From NCBI GenBank assembly GCA_963705225.1, contig OY970060.1:636501-668500 (forward strand): a DNA stretch of 32,000 bases, in the 5' to 3' direction. The position numbers were made by a program, and so were the translations under genes. The notes below the pieces were generated by a model that saw only the letters and a list, made by a program, of their open reading frames with translations, made no database searches and was not told the origin of the DNA. This document shows positions 26,919-32,000 of this stretch, piece after piece. The number at the start of each line of letters is the position of its first letter. Position 1 is the stretch's first letter. The stretch is from an uncultured Acidobacteriota bacterium. Its GTDB lineage: Bacteria > Acidobacteriota > Blastocatellia > Pyrinomonadales > Pyrinomonadaceae.

Positions 26919-28073
26919 TTACTTCCCTCTTTCCCATTTCGGTACTTCGGCCGGGGCGGTTACTTTCAGGTGTCCGGCGCTGTCTTTATAGACGACGAAT
27001 TTCATATCCTGCAGTTCGCCGTTGGCGTCCCTGATACGGGCGGTAAACGTCTTGTTGTCCCCGACGCCGTCCAGCCGCAAAGGCAGTTTTCCCCAGACCT
27101 CGCCGCTGCGATAAACGGGGTAATGCTGCTGGTCGAATTTGTCGTAACCGATGACCAGGATGCTGTCGAAATCCGGTTCGTTGCCGTCTTCGGCCTTGGC
27201 CTTGCCGCTGTGGGCAAAGATCACCCAGCTTCCGGCCTTCGATTCTTTGGCGGCGGCGTCCTTATCGCGGGGGTTGGCCTTCGTGTCGCCGTCCGTTTCG
27301 TCCAGCCGCTGCCAAGTGACGAATTTACGGTCGCCGATCTGGAAATGAACGATATCCGGCGGCACCTGCAGCTGCACCTGGCGGCCGAAGAGCCACCCGG
27401 CCGGCGCCGGCGAGACCGACGGATCGAAACGCACCTTGTACCAGATGTCGTAGCGGTAATCGAGCGCTTCCTGCGCTTCTTCTTCCCTTTTTAGTTCGCG
27501 CGGGGTCTTTTGTTTTTTCTCTTGTTTTTCGCCCGGTTTCGGCGCGTCGTCCACGTCGTCGGCTTCCCTGATCTTGGGCACCAGCTTCCAGCCGATCACC
27601 TCAAAGGTCGCGCCGCTTTCCAGCTTGAATAAAATATTCTCAGGATTCATGTCCGGCGCCAGCCGCAGGTTCGAAGCCGATTTCATCTGCGCCGTCGCCT
27701 GCGACTGCACGCCCTGGTCTTCGTTGGCCAGCGCCTGCGACCGGGCCAGCACCGCTTCCGTGATCACGTTGCGCGCTTCGATCCAGCCCTCGGTGTTGTC
27801 GCTGTCCTGCCCGCGCACGCGAAACCAGTGTTCATTGGCGTAATCGGTCTCTTCCAGGATGTCGAGCTTTTCGCCGCGCTTTACTTCCAGCAGATCGGTC
27901 GCGACCACCGAATACGAGCTGCGTATCTGCGCCTTCGCGACGATGATGGTGGCTTTCGGGGCGGGCCCGAAAAAACCGGAAGCGCCGCTGACGCCGCAGC
28001 CGCTCAGCAGGCCCACACTAGCCGCAGCGGCCGCCGAAATCAGGATCAAAGCTAATAATTTAAACTTGCTCAT
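26919..28073 (-). CDS. SH3-like domain lipoprotein/secreted protein
   Basis: 384 aa; lipobox-like LLSGCG; KAQIRSSYSVVATDLLEVKRGEKLDILEETDYANEHWFRVRGQDSDNTEGWIEARNV and a second SH3-like unit. Confidence 0.75.
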   Translation of the reverse strand: MSKFKLLALILISAAAAASVGLLSGCGVSGASGFFGPAPKATIIVAKAQIRSSYSVVATDLLEVKRGEKLDILEETDYANEHWFRVRGQDSDNTEGWIEARNVITEAVLARSQALANEDQGVQSQATAQMKSASNLRLAPDMNPENILFKLESGATFEVIGWKLVPKIREADDVDDAPKPGEKQEKKQKTPRELKREEEAQEALDYRYDIWYKVRFDPSVSPAPAGWLFGRQVQLQVPPDIVHFQIGDRKFVTWQRLDETDGDTKANPRDKDAAAKESKAGSWVIFAHSGKAKAEDGNEPDFDSILVIGYDKFDQQHYPVYRSGEVWGKLPLRLDGVGDNKTFTARIRDANGELQDMKFVVYKDSAGHLKVTAPAEVPKWERGK

Positions 28074-28120
28074 GAAAAAATCTAATGTCCTTCACCGCAG
28101 GTGATGTCTTAATTTGAGTC

Positions 28121-28259
28121 GCTCACCAAGCCCGGCGGAAATCGAGTCGCCGTGTCAGTAGCCCGCGCGTCAGCAAGGGCGCTTATTTTATTTTTGCTCA
28201 CCCAGCCGGCGGAAATCGAGTCGCCGTGTCAGTAGCCCGCGCGTTAGCAAGGGCGCTTG
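28121..28259. repeat. Direct repeat, two units (28121-28185 and 28196-28259)
   Basis: Both contain GGCGGAAATCGAGTCGCCGTGTCAGTAGCCCGCGCGT.AGCAAGGGCGCTT. Confidence 0.93.
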
Positions 28260-28304
28260 TTTTATCGCCTGAAATGCGCCCTCCCTGACGGTCAGGCTAC
28301 TGAC
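28228..28304. repeat. Imperfect inverted repeat, 29-nt arms
   Basis: GTCAGTAGCCCGCGCGTTAGCAAGGGCGC versus reverse complement GTCAGTAGCCTGACCGTCAGGGAGGGCGC, 23/29. Confidence 0.8.
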
Positions 28305-28359
28305 ACATTGCTAGACGTCAACCAAATTAAGACACTAACCACCGCCAAATAATTTAACG

Positions 28360-29871
28360 CTATTTTGCCTTTTCGGGAAGTTCGTAAAGCGGATTTAGGC
28401 CAAGCCCGGTCAAAAGCTCTCTCTGCCGCCCGGTAGTTTTTTGTTTGATCCGGAAACTGGTCACGCCTGCTTTTACCTGCGCTTCCAGTCCCAGCTGCAG
28501 CAGCGCGGGCTGCGGATCGAGCTTTTCCCGGCCTTCGATATATTTCGCCGCGATCTCGCGCAGTTCCGGGTAGCTTTTCAGGATCGCCAGCACGGCCTCG
28601 TTTCCGTCGCGGGAAGCGTTTAGCGGCCCGTGTTTTTTATAGACCTCGCGAAAGACATCCGTCAGCGACCGCTTCCCCTTCGAAGCGCTCAGCAAAGCCG
28701 CGTCACACATAAAGGCCACCATCATTCCCCGGCTGTTGACGAAACTGAAATTCCCTTCCCAGCGCCGCTTCGAAGCCTCGATCAGTGAGAGGTCTTTCGC
28801 CGTCACCTGATTTAACGTATAGGCGCGGCCGAGTGTTTCCAGCAGATCCGAAAATCTGATCTGCCCCATTTTTTTCCCGCTCTTTAAAGCCTGGTATAGC
28901 GTGAAGCCTTCGAAAAACCAATCATAGCTGCCGGTCAGGGAAAGTTTATTCGGTATCCAGAGGTGAAATATTTCGTGCCGCAGCTGTTCGCGCAGGCGGT
29001 TCAAACCCTGGCTGTCAAACGGCATCCGGCTCGACAGCAGCACCACGGTCGAACCGCGGGTTTCGGCGCGCCAGCGGCCCGGCTCGGCGGCCCTGGGAAA
29101 AGGCAGCAGCATGATCGCCGTTTGCCCCCCCGTTTGCCCCGTTTGTAGTGATGCCGGCTCGCCGAATATTTCCCGGTGCTGCGCGATGATGGTCTGCGCT
29201 ACGGCGGCGGCCTGATCGTCGGTAAACTGCCATTCGCCCGAGGTGTAAAATTTCACCGGATTTTCGCCGGACTCCGCCGTTTTTCCGCGCCAGTTTTTTC
29301 CGACCCGCAAAACGCTTTTCGAAATGTCGGCGATGGTGTAATAACCGTCGGCGTTTTTTAGTTCCGTGGTGGCCGTTTCCCACCCGGCCGGCAGTCCGAG
29401 CCTGATCCTGGCGGAAACTCCCGGCCCGTCGTTTTTTGCCGGCCTCGGCAGCAGATCTTCCGGCATCAGCAGCCCGCCGTCTTCCGCCAGCCACGAGACA
29501 TGAGCGGCAGCGGTCGGTTCGGCCTGCGGCGTCAGATCGACCTCGTATTTCCAATGCTCGGCAGCGCCGGCCGCTTCGTAAATTCCCGGTGCGAATTTTT
29601 TGACCGCCAATTCTTTATCCTGAATGAACAGCGTCAGCTTATCGATGCGGGCGCCCAGGTTCTGCACGTCGGCGTAACTCAGCAGGAACGTCCAACTCTT
29701 TTCCCCGGCGTATTTCGAGTTGAGAAAGTTCCCTTCGACCTGGACGCGCGCGGGGCCGATCACCCTGATCGTGGCTTCGATATCCTGCGCGGGCGCGGCG
29801 CTCGCGCCGAGCGCGAAAACGATTGCCAGGAATAATAAAATGATGGTTGAATGGGCGATGCGTAAATTCAT
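28360..29871 (-). CDS. Secreted gluzincin-type protease, M61-like
   Basis: LRHEIFHLWIPNKLSLTGSYDWFFEGFTLYQAL (HEXXH plus downstream Glu); start placed at MNLRIAHSTIILLFLAIVFALGASAAPAQ. Confidence 0.7.
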   Translation of the reverse strand: MNLRIAHSTIILLFLAIVFALGASAAPAQDIEATIRVIGPARVQVEGNFLNSKYAGEKSWTFLLSYADVQNLGARIDKLTLFIQDKELAVKKFAPGIYEAAGAAEHWKYEVDLTPQAEPTAAAHVSWLAEDGGLLMPEDLLPRPAKNDGPGVSARIRLGLPAGWETATTELKNADGYYTIADISKSVLRVGKNWRGKTAESGENPVKFYTSGEWQFTDDQAAAVAQTIIAQHREIFGEPASLQTGQTGGQTAIMLLPFPRAAEPGRWRAETRGSTVVLLSSRMPFDSQGLNRLREQLRHEIFHLWIPNKLSLTGSYDWFFEGFTLYQALKSGKKMGQIRFSDLLETLGRAYTLNQVTAKDLSLIEASKRRWEGNFSFVNSRGMMVAFMCDAALLSASKGKRSLTDVFREVYKKHGPLNASRDGNEAVLAILKSYPELREIAAKYIEGREKLDPQPALLQLGLEAQVKAGVTSFRIKQKTTGRQRELLTGLGLNPLYELPEKAK

Positions 29872-30064
29872 AAAAGCTGTTTCGAATTTAGCACATTCAT
29901 TTAAGAAGACGGAAATATAGCCTCGGAAGCACACGCTGGGAACGCGGACATTCTTGTCCGCAAAAAGTAGCGCCAGCGTCTCGCTGGCTGTCGCGTGGGC
30001 GTCCCGCCCACGGACTCCGATCTGACGGCGGGACGCCGTCAGGACAGCCGCCGAGACGGCGGCG

Positions 30065-30778
30065 CTACACTGTTGCCGGGGGCCAGGTCTTTTTGACGGC
30101 TTGGTAACATTCGCAGGTAAATTCTTCCAGACCGCTGACGTTTAGTATTTTGATCTTGCCGCGCGCGTATTTGATATATCCGGCGCTTTGCAGTGTGATG
30201 GCGGAGAGGGTGACGCTCGGGCGGTTTACGCCGAGCATGATCGAAAGAAATTCCTGGGTCAGGTTTATTTCGTCGGTTCCCGTGCGGTCGCGGCACATCA
30301 GAAGCCAGCGCGACAATCGCTGCTCCAGCGAGTGGAGGCGGTTGCAGAGCGCGGTCTGGCTGATCTGCAGCATCAGCGCGTGCAGGTAGCGCAGTGAAAT
30401 GTCGTGCAGCGCGCCGCCTTTACTAAATTCTTCCCTGATCGCTTTGGTGTTTATCCGGATGCCGCCGTTGGGTATCTGGGTCATGCTTTCGTTCGAGGTC
30501 GAATCCACGCCCAGCAAAACCTCGACCCCGGCCATGCCTTCCCAGCCGACAATGCCGGCTTCGACGCTTTGCCCGTCCAATGTATTAGTGACGATTGAGA
30601 TCATCGCCCTGTCGGGAAAATAGACGTAGGCGATAGGTTCATCGGCCCGGTAGATGACGCTGCTACGCGGCAGATCGACCTGCTCCAGATCGGGAAGCAA
30701 ACACCGGTAATCCTCATCCGGCAGGGAATTTAAAATATAGTTCTTGGTTAAAAGACGAACCAACGGCTGTTCGGACAT
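30065..30778 (-). CDS. Crp/Fnr family transcriptional regulator
   Basis: MSEQPLVRLLTKNYILNSLPDEDY..., C-terminal HTH LTQEFLSIMLGVNRPSVTLSAITLQSAGYIKYARGKIKIL; AAGGAG SD supports start 30778. Confidence 0.85.
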   Translation of the reverse strand: MSEQPLVRLLTKNYILNSLPDEDYRCLLPDLEQVDLPRSSVIYRADEPIAYVYFPDRAMISIVTNTLDGQSVEAGIVGWEGMAGVEVLLGVDSTSNESMTQIPNGGIRINTKAIREEFSKGGALHDISLRYLHALMLQISQTALCNRLHSLEQRLSRWLLMCRDRTGTDEINLTQEFLSIMLGVNRPSVTLSAITLQSAGYIKYARGKIKILNVSGLEEFTCECYQAVKKTWPPATV

Positions 30779-30994
30779 GATCAACTCCTTATTTACTCTT
30801 TTCGCGTGTGAAAACACAGCAAAAGGCACAAGGAGGTGGCTAGGAGTCACGGCCCGATGTCGATTGGGGTGGATTTAAAAAGATCGCACTATTTCTACTA
30901 CTCTATTCTAACATAGAAACAGGTAGAGCGGTCGTCCGATCGTCCGCAGCAGGCACGCAAACCTGCCGCATCTCCGCAGCGGGAGAAATATAAC

Positions 30995-31399
30995 TTAGGA
31001 CATCGCGCTCAAGCCGGATGGTCCGTCATTTAAAAGCTGTTCGATCGTACCCGTAAATCGGTGCAGATCTGTCGGTTTGACCAGATATGCATTGGCGCCG
31101 GCGGCGATCGCCGTATCGCGGTCGGTGTCATGCGGCATCACGGAAAATATCATGATCGGGGTTTTCCCGTCTTTCTGCCGAATATGGCGGCACAATTCCA
31201 GGCCGCTCGGTTCGCGCCACGGATTATCGAAAATATACAGATCGAAAGACCGTTTAGAGATGATCTCCAAAGCTTCTTCGGTCGAGCTCGCCGTGGTTAC
31301 TTCATAGCTGTCTTCTTCCTGCTGCAACAGGAGCGTCACCATCTCACAGGTATCGGCATCGTCCACATAGAGGATTTGAGGATAGGAATAAAGACACAT
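30995..31399 (-). CDS. Stand-alone response regulator receiver domain protein
   Basis: ILYVDDADTCEMVTLLLQ, SFDLYIFDNPWREPSGLELCRHIR, TPIMIFSVMPHD, AGANAYLVKPTD. Confidence 0.85.
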   Translation of the reverse strand: MCLYSYPQILYVDDADTCEMVTLLLQQEEDSYEVTTASSTEEALEIISKRSFDLYIFDNPWREPSGLELCRHIRQKDGKTPIMIFSVMPHDTDRDTAIAAGANAYLVKPTDLHRFTGTIEQLLNDGPSGLSAMS

Positions 31400-31602
31400 T
31401 TTTCCCTCTTCAGAAGTTAATTTTTACCCGTGGAATAAACTTAAAATAAAACAATTAAATAGACGATGATAAAAGATTAATAACAAAGCAGATTTGCGCT
31501 AGTCTGTGTGGTGGCGAACATAAGCTGGATTTAAGCTGATTTCCATCGTTCGCAGTTGATCTAATGTAAAGTTGAACCACCGACTTTAATTATATTCAAC
31601 CA

Positions 31603-31698
31603 GTCAGCGGAGCTGACGGCATAATGGTAGCCCCGGGTGAAGCGCAGCGAAACCCGGGGGTCACGGAGGCAAACAAATATCAGCCCGCTATGCGGGCT
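31603..31698. repeat. Cluster of three short perfect inverted repeats
   Basis: GTCAGC-GGA-GCTGAC (31603-31617); CCCCGGGT...ACCCGGGG (31631-31659); AGCCCGC-TAT-GCGGGCT (31682-31698). Confidence 0.8.
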
Positions 31699-32000
31699 TC
31701 GATCCGCAAATTTTAAACTGACCCACTACCGAACAACCCTATTTATTGACTTTCGCATCAAAGGTATTTAAGATGAAGGTTCTTTTTACCCGGGCTATTG
31801 GGGGATAACAACTTATGAGTTTGATCAAAGTAGTACTGGTTACGGTAGCTTTTATTTTGAGCCTGTTGCTGTTCGGCCGCTTTTTCTTCTAAGAGACGGC
31901 ATTCAGGTTTTCCCTTACGGAGCCGGTGCTCGTACCGCCTGTTTTGCCTCGCCGCCTCTCGCATCTGTAATTCCGCCTTTTAATCTGATCGGATTTAATG

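Noticed and set aside
26970-27494. 174-aa plus-strand ORF
   Set aside because: Antisense to the SH3-like protein gene.
29015-29554. 179-aa minus-strand ORF
   Set aside because: Alternative frame of the M61-like protease gene; Arg-rich composition without motifs.

Overview
This is a 32 kb window from a moderately high-GC bacterial chromosome. An Acidobacteriota origin is inferred from a TIGR03436-like VWA protein, a secreted S9 peptidase and many small dispersed intergenic repeats. Most of the window is ordinary: MATE transporter, YSC84/SYLF protein, HAD acid phosphatase, TspO-like protein, S9 peptidase, two SDR sugar-nucleotide enzymes, SH3-like protein, M61-like protease, Crp/Fnr regulator and a response regulator. 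The accessory part is about 3.7-10.9 kb. It holds a large NACHT NTPase with C-terminal pentapeptide-like repeats (4065-7175), a divergent DoxX / SufR-like regulator pair, and an isolated 744-aa protein with an uncharacterised N-terminal half and a C-terminal nitrilase-like Glu-Lys-Cys signature (8628-10862). The last is the best candidate for an undescribed, possibly defence-related, protein. The NACHT module is bracketed by a direct repeat that includes a decayed copy of the regulator's 3' end. Non-coding structure is rich: a 342-bp MITE-like element with perfect 30-bp terminal inverted repeats, an ISNCY-like insertion flanked by an exact 19-bp direct repeat, a perfect 29-bp-stem hairpin, a REP-like GGTCAGTACCGGGAACG family, a 13x heptamer tandem array and a triple-hairpin cluster. 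All product calls come from reading motifs; no database search was run.
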